From the NCBI GenBank assembly GCA_003963435.1, contig RXJC01000024.1, positions 6,356-70,355 on the forward strand: a stretch of 64,000 bases of DNA, written 5' to 3'. The notes under the pieces were generated by a model. The model saw nothing but the letters and a program-made list of their open reading frames with translations. It was not told the DNA's origin and searched no databases. Of this stretch, positions 38,637-50,483 are shown piece after piece (position 1 is the stretch's first letter; the number at the start of each line of letters is the position of its first letter). Made by a program: the position numbers and the translations under genes. This DNA is from Bradyrhizobiaceae bacterium (GTDB lineage Bacteria > Pseudomonadota > Alphaproteobacteria > Rhizobiales > Xanthobacteraceae).

Positions 38637-39590
38637 ATGAACGACTTCAGGCTGGCCATGGTTTCCGCGGGCTTCGAGCACGGCGGAAACGTTACCCATC
38701 GTCACTTCGACGGCCATCCCGACCTGCTCGTCTATCCCTTCGAGTCGCAGCTCGGCAACCGCAACTTCAACGACTTCCTGGCCTCGGTCGAGCGCGTTCA
38801 GTACCGCTATCCCGAATTTCCGGAGGGGCTGACGGCGATCGAGCTCTATGAGCAGATGATCGACGAGGAGCTGAAGACCTTCCTGCGCAAGCGCAACGGC
38901 TCCAAGTTCCGGGATGCGGATTGCGTGATGGATGAGAAGAAGCGGGTCGCCGAGTTCGCCCGAATCGTCGGCGAGCCGCCGATCTTCCGCCGCCAGGTGG
39001 TCGAGGCCTTCTTCCGCGCGACCTTCGCCGCGTGGGAGAACTACTACACCAAGCCGCGCCCGGGCATGGTCCATGTCGGCTACTCCCCCGCCATCGGGAT
39101 CGATGCCGATCGCATGGTGCGCGACTTCCCTGACATCCGCATCCTGCACATCGTGCGCAATCCGTTCTCGGCCTACCGCGACACCAAGCGCCGCCCGTTC
39201 CCGCAACCGCTGACCAAATACCTGATCACCTGGAACATCTATCACTCCACGGTCGAGATGTTCGCCAGGATGTACCCGAAGAACGTGCGCATCTTCCGTT
39301 ACGAGGATCTCGTGGACGACAAGCGCAAGTTCATGACCGAGGCCGCCGGCTTCATCGGCGTGCCTTTCGCCGACACCATGCTCTATCCGAGCTGGAACGG
39401 AGTCGAGATCAAGGACTCCATCGCGCCCTGGGGCACCGTGCTCAAGAGCACCAAGGACTACAACCAGGCCGTGATCCAGGAGCTCTCGGACCAGGAGCGC
39501 AGGCAGATCGCGCAGGGCACGGCAGCCCTCGCCCGTCATTTCGGCTACGACCGGATCGACTATCTGAGCCCGCTCTATCGTGCTGAGTAA
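38637..39590 (+). CDS. Sulfotransferase-fold protein (atypical 5'-PSB motif)
   Basis: FDGHP, HIVRNPF and RYEDLV are typical of Sulfotransfer_3. The N-terminal motif is GFEHGGN rather than RSGT. Confidence 0.65.
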   Translation: MNDFRLAMVSAGFEHGGNVTHRHFDGHPDLLVYPFESQLGNRNFNDFLASVERVQYRYPEFPEGLTAIELYEQMIDEELKTFLRKRNGSKFRDADCVMDEKKRVAEFARIVGEPPIFRRQVVEAFFRATFAAWENYYTKPRPGMVHVGYSPAIGIDADRMVRDFPDIRILHIVRNPFSAYRDTKRRPFPQPLTKYLITWNIYHSTVEMFARMYPKNVRIFRYEDLVDDKRKFMTEAAGFIGVPFADTMLYPSWNGVEIKDSIAPWGTVLKSTKDYNQAVIQELSDQERRQIAQGTAALARHFGYDRIDYLSPLYRAE

Positions 39591-40470
39591 GATCGCGTTC
39601 TTCGAAACCGACGCTCGTCCCGACATCGCCGCCGATCGCGCGCGGCTCCTGCCCGCGCTGCGGCAGCGACTGCAATCCATCGACCGTGACGCCATGGTCA
39701 CGCCGGCGCCCGGCGGCACGCTCGGCGCCTGCTATGATGCCGACATTTCCGGCGAAAAACGCTTTCTGAAGACCCATCTGCCGGGAGCGTGCGCGCGCGC
39801 CAGCCTCGCCAGGGAAGCCGACGCTCTCACGCAGCTCTACGGCAACACCGTCGTGCTCGACCGTTTCGAGATCCCGCTCGCGGATGGAACGACGCGGCTC
39901 TGCCTGATGATGCCCGCGCTCGCGCCGCTGGCCGGCCCGCTGGACCCCACTGACGCCGCCACATTGGCCGACGCGTGCAGCGCGCGGCTCAAGGACTGGC
40001 GGCCGGATGGACTTGCCTCGTTCGAGCACTATCTGGCGTCCGCCGCAAAGGCGCTCAAGACGCTTTCGAGCCGCGGCCTGCTGGAACAGGCCAGCGCGGC
40101 CGAAGCCGGCAGGCTGATCGCGCTGCTCGAACATCGCCTTGTGGATTTGCCCGAGGCGCTCTGTCATGGCGATTTCGGGCCGAAGAACATCCTGCTTCAG
40201 GACGGCGCGCTACGCCTCATCGACTGGGAAGACGCATTTCGCGGCATCGCCGGCTACGACTATCTTTATTGGCTGACCTTCATGGAGAACCGGCCGTTCC
40301 TGCAAAGGGCGGCCTTCGGCCGAACCGGCCTTTCGCCCGACGTCGAGCGCGCCATCCTCGTGCTCGTCGTCCTGCTCAAATCCTATCTGGCGGTCTTGTC
40401 GGGCGAGCACCTGAAGCACGCCCTCTCGGCCCAGGACCGCATCGCCGAGATCCTCGAGCTGCCGCGCTGA
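39580..40470 (+). CDS. APH/choline-kinase-like phosphotransferase
   Basis: FLKT, CHGDFGPKNILL, LIDWEDA. Confidence 0.8.
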   Translation: MLSKIAFFETDARPDIAADRARLLPALRQRLQSIDRDAMVTPAPGGTLGACYDADISGEKRFLKTHLPGACARASLAREADALTQLYGNTVVLDRFEIPLADGTTRLCLMMPALAPLAGPLDPTDAATLADACSARLKDWRPDGLASFEHYLASAAKALKTLSSRGLLEQASAAEAGRLIALLEHRLVDLPEALCHGDFGPKNILLQDGALRLIDWEDAFRGIAGYDYLYWLTFMENRPFLQRAAFGRTGLSPDVERAILVLVVLLKSYLAVLSGEHLKHALSAQDRIAEILELPR

Positions 40471-41535
40471 TCAAGCCTGCGCGGCGCCGGCGACCTGGTC
40501 GAGCTGATCGAGCGAGAACCTGCGCAAGTCGCGGCCCTCGCGCAGCGCCTTGTACCAATCCACGGTCAGGCGAAGCCCCTGCGCCAGGTCAAGCCGCGGC
40601 GTCCAACCGAGCTCGCGCCGAGCCTTGGAGCAGTCGAGCCTCAGATAGGCCGCTTCGTGCGGATGCGGACCGGCGTCGGCCGTCCATCGCGCGCCCTCCC
40701 CCCACAGGCCGATCAGACGATCGACCACCGTCCCGACCGGCACCTCGCTTGCGGCATCGGGTCCGAAATTCCAGCCGCCGACGAAACGCTCGTCGCTCGC
40801 CAGGCGCTCGACCAACGAGAGATAGCCGAGCACCGGGTCCAGCGCGTGCTGCCAGGGCCGCACCGAATTGGGATTGCGGATGCGAAGCGCCTCGCCCGCC
40901 AGGAAGGCCTGCATCGCATCGGGAACCAGACGGTCGCGCGCCCAGTCGCCGCCGCCGAACACGTTGCCGGCTCGCGCGGTCGCGACGCGGGCCGCGCCGC
41001 TCATGTTGAAGAAGCTGTGGCGGTAGGAATGCGTCACGAGCTCGGCGCAGGCCTTGCTGTTGCTGTAGGGATCGTCACCACCGAGCCGGTGGCCCTCGCC
41101 GAAGGCGGCGCCCGTACCGTCGTTCTCGTAGCACTTGTCGCTGGTGACGTTCAGGATCACCCGCACCGAGCGCAGATGCCGCGCCGCCTCCAGCACATGC
41201 ACCGTGCCCATCACGTTGGTCGCGAAGGTCTCCACCGGCTCTTCATACGAGGGGCGCACCAGCGCTTGCGCCGCCATGTGGATGACGATGTCCGGTTCGG
41301 CCTCCGCCATTGCGGCGCGCAAGGTCGGGAGGTCGCGAATATCGGCCACGCGATGCCTGATGTCATCGGCGATGCGCGCCGTGACGAACAGCGCGGATTG
41401 GTGTGTCGGCGGCAGCGCATAGCCGTAGACCTCGGCCCCGAAGCGGCGCAGCAGCAGCGACGCCCACGCGCCTTTGAAACCGGTGTGGCCGGTGAGAAAG
41501 ACCTTCTTGCCGCGCCAGAATGCCGGATCCGTCAC
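40471..41535 (-). CDS. rfbG: CDP-glucose 4,6-dehydratase
   Basis: [51 protein letters not shown] overlap with rfbF. Confidence 0.93.
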   Translation of the reverse strand: MTDPAFWRGKKVFLTGHTGFKGAWASLLLRRFGAEVYGYALPPTHQSALFVTARIADDIRHRVADIRDLPTLRAAMAEAEPDIVIHMAAQALVRPSYEEPVETFATNVMGTVHVLEAARHLRSVRVILNVTSDKCYENDGTGAAFGEGHRLGGDDPYSNSKACAELVTHSYRHSFFNMSGAARVATARAGNVFGGGDWARDRLVPDAMQAFLAGEALRIRNPNSVRPWQHALDPVLGYLSLVERLASDERFVGGWNFGPDAASEVPVGTVVDRLIGLWGEGARWTADAGPHPHEAAYLRLDCSKARRELGWTPRLDLAQGLRLTVDWYKALREGRDLRRFSLDQLDQVAGAAQA

Positions 41536-42302
41536 CAGATCCTCCATTTGGCGCGGTTGCTGGTCCACTCGCCTTCGAGGAAGTTGCGATCGCGCAGCGA
41601 GTCCATCGGGTGCCAGAACCCGTGATGCACATAGGCGCGCAGATCGTCGCCGCGCACGAGTTGCTCCATCGGCTCGCGCTCCCAAATCGTATTGTCGCCC
41701 GCGATCAACTCACCGACCGACGGCGACAACAGGAAGAAGCCGCCATTGATCCAGCCGCCGTCGTCATTAGGCTTTTCCTCGAAATTGACGACCCGGTCGC
41801 CCTCGATCGCGATCGCGCCGAAGCGCTTGGCAGGCCGCACCACCGAGACGGTGGCGCGCCGGCCATGCGCCTTGTGGAAAGCGATCTCGGCGCCAAGGTC
41901 GATATCGGCGACGCCGTCGCCGTAGGTCAATGCGAAGAAAGGCTCGTCCGCAACATAAGGCAGCACCCGTTTCAGCCGGCCGCCGGTCTGGGTGTCCTCG
42001 CCGGTATCGACCAGCGTGACCCGCCACGGCTCCGCGGTTTCGCGATGCACTTCCATCCGGTTCTCGGCGATGTGGAAGGTCACGTCCGACATGTGCAGGA
42101 AGTAGTTCGCGAAATACTCCTTGATCATGAAGCCCTTGTAGCCAAGGCAGATCACGAAATCATGGAAGCCGTAATGGCTGTAGATCTTCATGATGTGCCA
42201 CAGGATGGGCCGGCCGCCGATCTCTACCATCGGCTTCGGCCGCGTGCTGGTCTCCTCCGCGATTCGCGTCCCGAGACCTCCCGCAAGAATTACGACTTTC
42301 AT
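41532..42302 (-). CDS. rfbF: Glucose-1-phosphate cytidylyltransferase
   Basis: [45 protein letters not shown]. Confidence 0.94.
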   Translation of the reverse strand: MKVVILAGGLGTRIAEETSTRPKPMVEIGGRPILWHIMKIYSHYGFHDFVICLGYKGFMIKEYFANYFLHMSDVTFHIAENRMEVHRETAEPWRVTLVDTGEDTQTGGRLKRVLPYVADEPFFALTYGDGVADIDLGAEIAFHKAHGRRATVSVVRPAKRFGAIAIEGDRVVNFEEKPNDDGGWINGGFFLLSPSVGELIAGDNTIWEREPMEQLVRGDDLRAYVHHGFWHPMDSLRDRNFLEGEWTSNRAKWRIW

Positions 42303-42521
42303 TCACTTGGCTCCGAACGGGAGGCACGCTCCCCGCGTATCCCAGACGGCTTCTATACGAAGTGGCGTGACCTGGAAAATTGTGGGTCCCCAAGATACTT
42401 CCGAAGCTCAATAGGTATTTTATTACCTCGATGCAAGACTATTGGCGTTTCTGCCCTTAGCCGATACCACTCTGCCGCCGCACCGGGACGAGACTGCCCC
42501 GAGACCCAGCTGGAACCGCTC

Positions 42522-43484
<963 letters not shown>

Positions 43485-43524
43485 CCTGCTCGCAGCGTCC
43501 CATCGTCCGCAGCGAGCTTCCACA

Positions 43525-44829
43525 ATGAGCGCACCGCCCGGCATCATCAGCGATCTGCGCGCCCGCCTGGACTCGAAGGCCGGCCTGAAGACCCTGGTGC
43601 TACTGCACAGCGCCGTCACCTGCCTGTCGCTGATCGAGGTCGCGACCTTCCAGCTCTCCATCGACTTCGACCCGAGACGTCTGTGGATCGCGGTGATCGT
43701 TGCGGCCGGCTTCTCCATCGTCTCGCTGCTGTTCGTCTCCGCCCGCTTCTCCTTCGGCTATTTCGTCGGATTCTATTGCTACACGATGATCCTGGGCTTC
43801 CTGTGGATCGACGTCTTCTCCGGCTACGACTACCCGCGACTGCTTGCCGGGGTCTCGGCGGCATTGGCGCTGCTGCTTTTCCTGCTGCCAGTGTTGTTCA
43901 TCGAAGCGCCGCTGCGCCAATTCGTGAGCCTGTCCAACGCCTGGTTCGAGCACCTGCTGACGCTCATCCTGGCGGTCTCCATCGCCACCATCGCGGTGGC
44001 GTCGACCTACAATTTCCGCCTGGTCTCGATCGCGAACATCTACGACTATCGCGACGCCCTCCAATTTCCGGGTGTGCTGCGATATCTCATCGGATGGGTT
44101 TCCAGCGCGCTGCTGCCGTTCGCCTTCGCCTGCTACTGGCTGCTCGGCCATCGCCTCCGCGCCGTCCTGGTCCTGGTCCTGCTTCTGTTGTTCTATCCCA
44201 TCACCCTGACGAAGTTCGCATTCTTCACGCCGGCCTGGTTGATCGCACTGGTCGTACTGTCCCGGCTCCTGGAGGCGCGAGCATCGGTCATCGCGTCGAT
44301 TTTCGTCCCGATGCTGATCGGGCTGCTCGTGATCTGGCTGACAGAAGCAAGCCTGAGGAGCGTTCCCGGCAGATATTTCGACATCGTCAACATCCGGATG
44401 ATGGCGACGGCATCGGGCGCGCTCGACCTCTACAACCACTTCTTCGCCAGCCACCCGCTGACGTGGTTTTGCCAGATCTCGGTTCTCAAGCCGCTGATGC
44501 AGTGCCCTTACGATGAGCCGCTGGCGGTGGTGATGCAGAACACCTACGATTTCGGCAATCTGAACGCCTCGCTGTTCGCGACCGAAGGCATCGCGTCCGT
44601 CGGCCCCTGGCTGGCACCACTGACTGCGCTCGCCGCCGGCTTCGTGCTGGCGCTCGGCAACCGCGCCTCCGCAGGGCTGCCGCCCCGCTTCGTCCTGATG
44701 TCGTCAGGCGTGCTGCCCCACGTCCTGCTCAACGTGCCCCTCTCCGTCGCCTTGCTCACCCATGGCACCGCCATCCTGTTCCTGCTCTGGTACGTGATGC
44801 CCCGCACCCTGTTCGAAGAAAAGCCGTGA
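43525..44829 (+). CDS. Polytopic membrane protein, candidate O-antigen polymerase (Wzy-like)
   Basis: About 11 TMs. Late periplasmic loop with N.NASLFA.G. Lies between uxs and a GT. Confidence 0.55.
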   Translation: MSAPPGIISDLRARLDSKAGLKTLVLLHSAVTCLSLIEVATFQLSIDFDPRRLWIAVIVAAGFSIVSLLFVSARFSFGYFVGFYCYTMILGFLWIDVFSGYDYPRLLAGVSAALALLLFLLPVLFIEAPLRQFVSLSNAWFEHLLTLILAVSIATIAVASTYNFRLVSIANIYDYRDALQFPGVLRYLIGWVSSALLPFAFACYWLLGHRLRAVLVLVLLLLFYPITLTKFAFFTPAWLIALVVLSRLLEARASVIASIFVPMLIGLLVIWLTEASLRSVPGRYFDIVNIRMMATASGALDLYNHFFASHPLTWFCQISVLKPLMQCPYDEPLAVVMQNTYDFGNLNASLFATEGIASVGPWLAPLTALAAGFVLALGNRASAGLPPRFVLMSSGVLPHVLLNVPLSVALLTHGTAILFLLWYVMPRTLFEEKP

Positions 44830-44833
44830 CGCC

Positions 44834-46018
44834 GTGCGTATCCTGATCCTCAACGCCGACTATCCGCGCTTCCTCGCCTGGCTGTACCGGCGCGCGCCCG
44901 GCCTCGAGAACGAGCCTTACGCGGCGCAGATGGCGGCGCGGAACGCCAGCCTGTTCGGCGTTGCCGATTTCTATTCGCGCAATTTCGCCGCCCTTGGACA
45001 TGTCGCCGCCGATATCCACGTCAACAATCCCTGGATGCAGGCAGCCTGGGCCCGCGAGCGTGGCCTTGCCGTCACCGAGCCGCCCCCGCCCGGCGCGCCG
45101 GCGGCGCACGATGCGGTCCCACGCTGGCTGCAACGCGCCGCCGCGCCGTTCAAGCCGGTGCTGCGGCCACTCGCGCGCAAGGTCGGCCTCAGCCCGCGCC
45201 TTGACGCCGAAGCGGAAAATATCCTGCTGGCGCAGATCGAGGAGTTCAAACCCGATCTCGTCCTCAACCAGGATCTGTTTCATGTCGACACGCGCCTTGC
45301 GCGCCGGATCAAAGAGATCGGCCGCCCGATCCTGGTCGGCCAGGTCGGCATCTCGCCCTCGCGCGGCGAGGACTGGTCGGTCTACGATCTCATGATCTCG
45401 CAGATGGCTGCGGTGGCGGACTTCTTCCGTGCCCACGGCACGCGCGCGGAAGTCGTCCATCTCGCCTTTGAGCCAGGCATCCTCGATGTCCTGCCTCCGC
45501 CGCCGCCCCGAGATTTCGACGTCACCTTCGTCGGCGCCGTGTCGGTGGATCACCAGCTCCGCGTCGCGCAGCTCGAAGCGGTCGCGCGTCGCTACGACCT
45601 CAAACTGTTCGGCAGCGGCCTGCACTCCCTTCCCGCTTCCTCGCCGCTGCACCGCTGCTATAAGGGCGAGGTGTGGGGCGTCGAGATGTACCAGGCGCTT
45701 CGCGCCTCGCGGGTGACGCTCAATTCGCATATCGATGCCGCAGGTGCCGAGGCCGGAAACATGCGCCTGTTCGAGGCGACCGGCGTCGGGTGTTTCCTGC
45801 TGACCGACTTCAAGGATAATTTGCACACATTGTTCGAACCGGAGACCGAAGTCGCCGTCTGGCGTTCTGTCGACGATTGCCTTGCCAAGATCGAGCGGTA
45901 CCTTGGGGACGGCGAGCAGCGAACGATGATTGCAAGTCGAGGGCAGGCCAGAACGCTGGAGCGGCATACATACCGTCGCCGCGTCGAACAGATATTGCGA
46001 ACGATCGACCCGGCTTGA
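44834..46018 (+). CDS. Glycosyltransferase (CgeB / Glyco_trans_1_2-like)
   Basis: DVTFVG, WG.EMY..L..S..TLN.H, NMRLFEATG.G..LLTD, HTY..R. Confidence 0.85.
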   Translation: MRILILNADYPRFLAWLYRRAPGLENEPYAAQMAARNASLFGVADFYSRNFAALGHVAADIHVNNPWMQAAWARERGLAVTEPPPPGAPAAHDAVPRWLQRAAAPFKPVLRPLARKVGLSPRLDAEAENILLAQIEEFKPDLVLNQDLFHVDTRLARRIKEIGRPILVGQVGISPSRGEDWSVYDLMISQMAAVADFFRAHGTRAEVVHLAFEPGILDVLPPPPPRDFDVTFVGAVSVDHQLRVAQLEAVARRYDLKLFGSGLHSLPASSPLHRCYKGEVWGVEMYQALRASRVTLNSHIDAAGAEAGNMRLFEATGVGCFLLTDFKDNLHTLFEPETEVAVWRSVDDCLAKIERYLGDGEQRTMIASRGQARTLERHTYRRRVEQILRTIDPA

Positions 46019-46063
46019 TATTGCGCTCGACCCGTCTGCAACGCAGCGGCCGCGCCGGCGAGT

Positions 46064-47128
46064 TCAGCCAAGACCAATTCTGGGCCGGTTATAACCTCGA
46101 TCCAGGATCGCTTGCCACCAGCCGCGATTGTCGCAGTACCAGCGCACGGTCTTGCGCAATCCGGTCTCGAACTTCTCCGTTGCGGACCAGCCGAGCTCGC
46201 GCTCGATCTTGCTGGGATCAATCGCATAGCGGTGATCGTGGCCCGGCCGATCCGTGACAAAGGATATCAACCCTCGCCGGCCTCCCGACCCGCCGGGCGC
46301 CAACTCGTCGAGCAGATCGCTGATGGTCTCGACGACGTCGAGGTTGGTGCGCTCAGACCGCGCCCCAATGTTGTAGGTTTCGCCGACAACTCCGCGCTCC
46401 AGGACGGTCGTCAGCGCCCTGGCGTGGTCCTCGACGAAAAGCCAATCCCTGACGTTCTTGCCGTCGCCATAGACCGGCAGACTCTCCCCCGCGAGCCCCC
46501 GGATCACCATGTGGGGGATCAGCTTCTCGGGAAACTGGTACGGGCCGTAGTTGTTTGTGCAGTTCGTGACGACGGTCGGCAATTCATATGTCTCGCGCCA
46601 GGCCCGCACGAGATGATCCGACGCGGCCTTGCTCGCGGAATACGGAGAGTTCGGCGCGTAGGCGGTCGTCTCGGTAAAGAGCCCTTCGCGGCCCAGGCTG
46701 CCAAAGACCTCATCCGTCGAGACATGGACCATGCGAAAGCGATCCCGCGCCTCCCGCGAAAGACCGCGCCAATAGCGCAGCGCTTCCTGCAGCAAGGTGA
46801 ACGTGCCGACGACATTGGTCTGGATGAAGTCCGAAGGCGCGTCGATCGAACGGTCGACATGGCTCTCCGCAGCGAGGTTCAACACGGCCGACGGCTGATA
46901 TTTCTCGAAGAGGAGACGGAGAGAGTCGGCCTCGCAAATGCACCGCTGCTCGAAGGCATAGCGAGGATTCGAAGTCGCCCCGGGCAAGGACGCAAGATTC
47001 GCCGCGTAGGTCAGCTTGTCGACATTGACCACATTGGCCTCGGTGTCGCCGAGCAGATGCCGCACGACCGCCGATCCGATGAATCCGGCGCCGCCCGTCA
47101 CGAGAACCGTGGCTCCCTTGAAACGCAT
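46064..47128 (-). CDS. rfbB: dTDP-glucose 4,6-dehydratase
   Basis: [40 protein letters not shown]. Confidence 0.95.
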   Translation of the reverse strand: MRFKGATVLVTGGAGFIGSAVVRHLLGDTEANVVNVDKLTYAANLASLPGATSNPRYAFEQRCICEADSLRLLFEKYQPSAVLNLAAESHVDRSIDAPSDFIQTNVVGTFTLLQEALRYWRGLSREARDRFRMVHVSTDEVFGSLGREGLFTETTAYAPNSPYSASKAASDHLVRAWRETYELPTVVTNCTNNYGPYQFPEKLIPHMVIRGLAGESLPVYGDGKNVRDWLFVEDHARALTTVLERGVVGETYNIGARSERTNLDVVETISDLLDELAPGGSGGRRGLISFVTDRPGHDHRYAIDPSKIERELGWSATEKFETGLRKTVRWYCDNRGWWQAILDRGYNRPRIGLG

Positions 47129-47137
47129 GCTTGCGAC

Positions 47138-48013
47138 CTACCTCTCGAAAGCTCGGCAAATCGCCGTCAGGTATTCCCCGTAGCTACTCTTGGCGTTCTT
47201 CCGGGCCAGCACCTCGAAGGCGTCGAGAGAAATATAGCCCCGCCGTAGCGCGATCTCCTCCGGACACGCGATGCGAAGACCCTGACGTTGCTCCAGGATC
47301 TGCACGAAATGGCTGGCCTCGACAAGCGAGGCGTGGGTGCCGGTATCGAGCCAGGCGAAACCGCGTCCGAACATGTGAACGTGCAGCTCGCCGCGATCGA
47401 GATAGGCACGATTGATATCCGTGATTTCGAGTTCGCCCCGCGGCGACGGCTTCAGCCCGGCCGCAATGTCCACCACCTGGTTGTCGTAGAAGTAAAGTCC
47501 CGTCACTGCGACATTGGATTTTGGCCTGGCGGGCTTCTCCTCGATGGAAATGGCGCGGCCGGCCGCGTCGAGCTCGACGACCCCGTACTGCTCAGGAGAG
47601 TTGACGGTGTAGCCGAAGATCGTGGCACCGCGAGTGCGCGACAAGGCGTCTTCCAGCTCTTCCTGCAGACTGTTTCCGTAGAAGATGTTGTCGCCCAGGA
47701 TCAACGTCACGGAGTCGTCGCCGATGAAGTCACGACCGAGGATGAACGCGTCGGCGAGCCCGCGAGGACTCTCTTGTGCGACGTAGGAGAGCTGCAATCC
47801 GATCTCGGAACCGTCGCCCAGAAGGGCCCGAAACAGCGGCTGATCCCTTGGCGTGGTGATGATCAGGATGTCCCGGATTCCCGCCAGCATCAGGGTCGAG
47901 AGCGGATAGTAGATCATCGGCTTGTCGAACACCGGCAGCAATTGCTTCGAAACAACCGCCGTAACAGGATAAAGTCGCGAGCCGGTCCCGCCTGCTAGGA
48001 TGATACCCTTCAT
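47138..48013 (-). CDS. rfbA: Glucose-1-phosphate thymidylyltransferase
   Basis: [50 protein letters not shown]. Confidence 0.95.
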   Translation of the reverse strand: MKGIILAGGTGSRLYPVTAVVSKQLLPVFDKPMIYYPLSTLMLAGIRDILIITTPRDQPLFRALLGDGSEIGLQLSYVAQESPRGLADAFILGRDFIGDDSVTLILGDNIFYGNSLQEELEDALSRTRGATIFGYTVNSPEQYGVVELDAAGRAISIEEKPARPKSNVAVTGLYFYDNQVVDIAAGLKPSPRGELEITDINRAYLDRGELHVHMFGRGFAWLDTGTHASLVEASHFVQILEQRQGLRIACPEEIALRRGYISLDAFEVLARKNAKSSYGEYLTAICRAFER

Positions 48014-48166
48014 ACTCCCCTCGACAGCTCCGAACGCCTGCGCCGCTGCACCTTGCAATCCCAGCCTCCGAGGAGGCGCGCGAGCGACAAAATTAGACTA
48101 TTTCTCAATGGATTGCTATGTCCGTCGGCACCAATCCAGGTCGTGCATCGTCAAGCGTCAGCGCTC

Positions 48167-48958
48167 ATGAAACTACCGCCCCTCGCGCGAAAGATAGCCT
48201 CGCGCATCGTTCGCTCTATTCCGCTCCTGCGGCGACAGATCCTCGTCTCGACCGACTACCGCGTCCTTGGCGGCGCCGACGAAGCGCATCGGCTCGCGGC
48301 GGCCGGCTCAGGATGGCTGAGCGGTCGAACCGCCAGACGGCAAGACCGGGCGTATCGATCGCTGATCGCGGGAATGAAGAGCGGAGAACCTCGCCCCGAC
48401 CTCGAGATTGCAGCCGAAGCAGTGGCCGCTACAGGTATCGACCGACCGCGCCTGATCGAGATCGGTTGCGGCAGCGGCTATTACTCCGAGGTATTCGCAC
48501 AGCTGGCACCATCCGGCGTTCAATACACCGGCATCGACTATTCGCCGCCGATGATCGCCCGCGCCCGCGAGCGCTATCCTGCCGCTGAGTTTGCCGTTGG
48601 CGACGCCACCGCTCTGCAATACCCCGACAACAGCTTTGACATCGCCTTCAACGGCGTTTCGTTGATGCACATCATCGACTACGAAAAGGCGATCCGCGAA
48701 GCAGCGCGGGTCGCCGCGCGTCATTGCATCTTCCACAGCGTGCCCGTTTTCGACGAGCATCATCGAACGATATTCCTTCAGAAATACGCCTATGGCGCAC
48801 CGGTCGTCGAGATCGTGTTCGACAGACGGGAATTTCTGGCGATCTCCGAGACGGCGGGATTGCGGCTCGTCCGATCGTGGAAGAGCATTCCCTACGACGT
48901 CGCGGCAATCACCGGACATCCATCGCGGAGCGAGACCTTTCTGTTTTCCGTCGCATAG
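48167..48958 (+). CDS. Class I SAM-dependent methyltransferase
   Basis: IEIGCGSGYY, GIDYS..MI..AR, GDAT.L.YPDNSFD. Confidence 0.85.
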   Translation: MKLPPLARKIASRIVRSIPLLRRQILVSTDYRVLGGADEAHRLAAAGSGWLSGRTARRQDRAYRSLIAGMKSGEPRPDLEIAAEAVAATGIDRPRLIEIGCGSGYYSEVFAQLAPSGVQYTGIDYSPPMIARARERYPAAEFAVGDATALQYPDNSFDIAFNGVSLMHIIDYEKAIREAARVAARHCIFHSVPVFDEHHRTIFLQKYAYGAPVVEIVFDRREFLAISETAGLRLVRSWKSIPYDVAAITGHPSRSETFLFSVA

Positions 48959-48961
48959 GCC

Positions 48962-49993
48962 TCAATACGCCCGATCGCCCAACACCAGGAAGGCGCGACC
49001 GGTGACGATATCTAGGATGTGGATCGCGAACATGACCAGGCTGCGCAGCTTTGCTCTCACATTCTCCTTGAGATCGGGAACGGCAAACCGCTTCTGTGGT
49101 GCCGCCGCGGCGATCGGCAAGATCGACTCGATCTTCGCCTCGATTTCCAGCAGTTCCTGAACATAGGGAAGATAGATGTGGCGGCGCACGTCCCTGGAAA
49201 AAGGCGTGCGATAATAGCGATGGCTGTTGAAGACGAACCAGCGCAATCCCTTCCTCAAGCCCTGGAAATGGAAGAAGATGAGCGGAGTCGCCGAGTCCAG
49301 AATGATCTGGCCGGCACTGATGTCGATGACATAATTGCCGACGTTCCAGGGGGCGAGATTTGCACCGACGTTCTCGACGATTTTGACCCTGCTCGAGAGA
49401 GTCGGAAACGAGTCGAGATAGCGCTGATCGGCGAACCGGTCGCCGTCGACATAGTCGTGACACCACTCGATGCATCGCGCGCGCCACCAGGCCGCGACGG
49501 CAAGTCCCGCCTCGTCACGCCGGATGCCGACCCACCCGACGTTGTAGACACCGAATTTCAGCAGTCGCTTTTCCAGCTGCCGTGGATATCTGTGCGGAAT
49601 GATCGCGACAGAGGCATCCGGCAGCTCGTCGTAAACGGCCTCCGGTGACTGGAAGAAATACAGATCGCCGTCGAGATAGGTAATCCATTCGGTCTCTGTT
49701 TCGCGTCCGGCGACGAACAAGATCCAGGCCGGCGTGCACGTGAAATAATACTCGACCGGCGTCCGGGTGGCGCGCGTCGCCGCCACCTCGGGCTCGGCGG
49801 CTTCGAATTCGGCCATTCGTATCGGAACGATATGGGGAAGACCGAGCTTGCCGAGCACGTCGTAAGCTTGATCGCTGAGGCAAAGCACCCATAGGCGCGA
49901 GCCGGGAGCATGGCGCTGAAGGGACTGGTACAAGGCCAATCCGCGCGACAGATAGTTGTGATCGAAATAGGTGCAGTAGACGCGGCCGGCCAT
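48962..49993 (-). CDS. Putative GT-A glycosyltransferase
   Basis: CTYFD.NY..RG, YLDGDLYFF (DxD), YNVG, DQRYLD, APWN, FFHF. Confidence 0.7.
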   Translation of the reverse strand: MAGRVYCTYFDHNYLSRGLALYQSLQRHAPGSRLWVLCLSDQAYDVLGKLGLPHIVPIRMAEFEAAEPEVAATRATRTPVEYYFTCTPAWILFVAGRETETEWITYLDGDLYFFQSPEAVYDELPDASVAIIPHRYPRQLEKRLLKFGVYNVGWVGIRRDEAGLAVAAWWRARCIEWCHDYVDGDRFADQRYLDSFPTLSSRVKIVENVGANLAPWNVGNYVIDISAGQIILDSATPLIFFHFQGLRKGLRWFVFNSHRYYRTPFSRDVRRHIYLPYVQELLEIEAKIESILPIAAAAPQKRFAVPDLKENVRAKLRSLVMFAIHILDIVTGRAFLVLGDRAY

Positions 49994-50002
49994 AGCTCCT
50001 CC

Positions 50003-50479
50003 TCAGCGGGCTTTGGCTCGGACGGCGCTCCGGAACGCATCGTAGTCGCGAATATAGTCGTCAGGATCGTAGGCTTCCGACGCCAACACCAGCAAGGCGG
50101 CGTTCTTGCTGTAGCTATGCTGAGTCCCCCATATCATCGGCGGGAGGTAGAGGCCGACGCTCGGATTGTCCAGGACGAATTCGCGGCGCGTCGTGCCGTC
50201 ATCGACCATGGCGTTGCAGCGTCCTTGAACGCAGATCAAGAACTGGTGACACCGCTTGTGGGCGTGTTCACCGCGCGAGACGTCAGGGGGCACGCCGAAC
50301 ACGATGAAGTATCGCTTGGGCTGGAAGGGAAAGTTCGCCTGCCCCAGTTCACCCACGGTCAGATCTCCGCGGATTTCCCTGATCCAGGGAAACCGGTAGA
50401 TCTCGACGCCCGAAAGATCCGTCGGCGAGATCTCCAGCGAATTGCCGGGTCGCGCGTCTATCGTGATCGGCCGTTGCAT
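50003..50479 (-). CDS. dTDP-4-keto-6-deoxyglucose 3,4-ketoisomerase (FdtA/QdtA cupin)
   Basis: RGDL, RGEHAH...QFLIC, LLVLAS..YD..DYIRDY. Confidence 0.9.
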   Translation of the reverse strand: MQRPITIDARPGNSLEISPTDLSGVEIYRFPWIREIRGDLTVGELGQANFPFQPKRYFIVFGVPPDVSRGEHAHKRCHQFLICVQGRCNAMVDDGTTRREFVLDNPSVGLYLPPMIWGTQHSYSKNAALLVLASEAYDPDDYIRDYDAFRSAVRAKAR

Positions 50480-50483
50480 GCGT

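Noticed and set aside
39580-40470. APH-like gene as an antibiotic-resistance determinant
   Set aside because: It has only the generic kinase motifs, sits in a glycan-locus context, and has no mobile element nearby.
41520-42521. N-terminal extension of the uxs ORF (654 aa)
   Set aside because: It is antisense to rfbF. The uxs-like sequence begins at ATG 42522.
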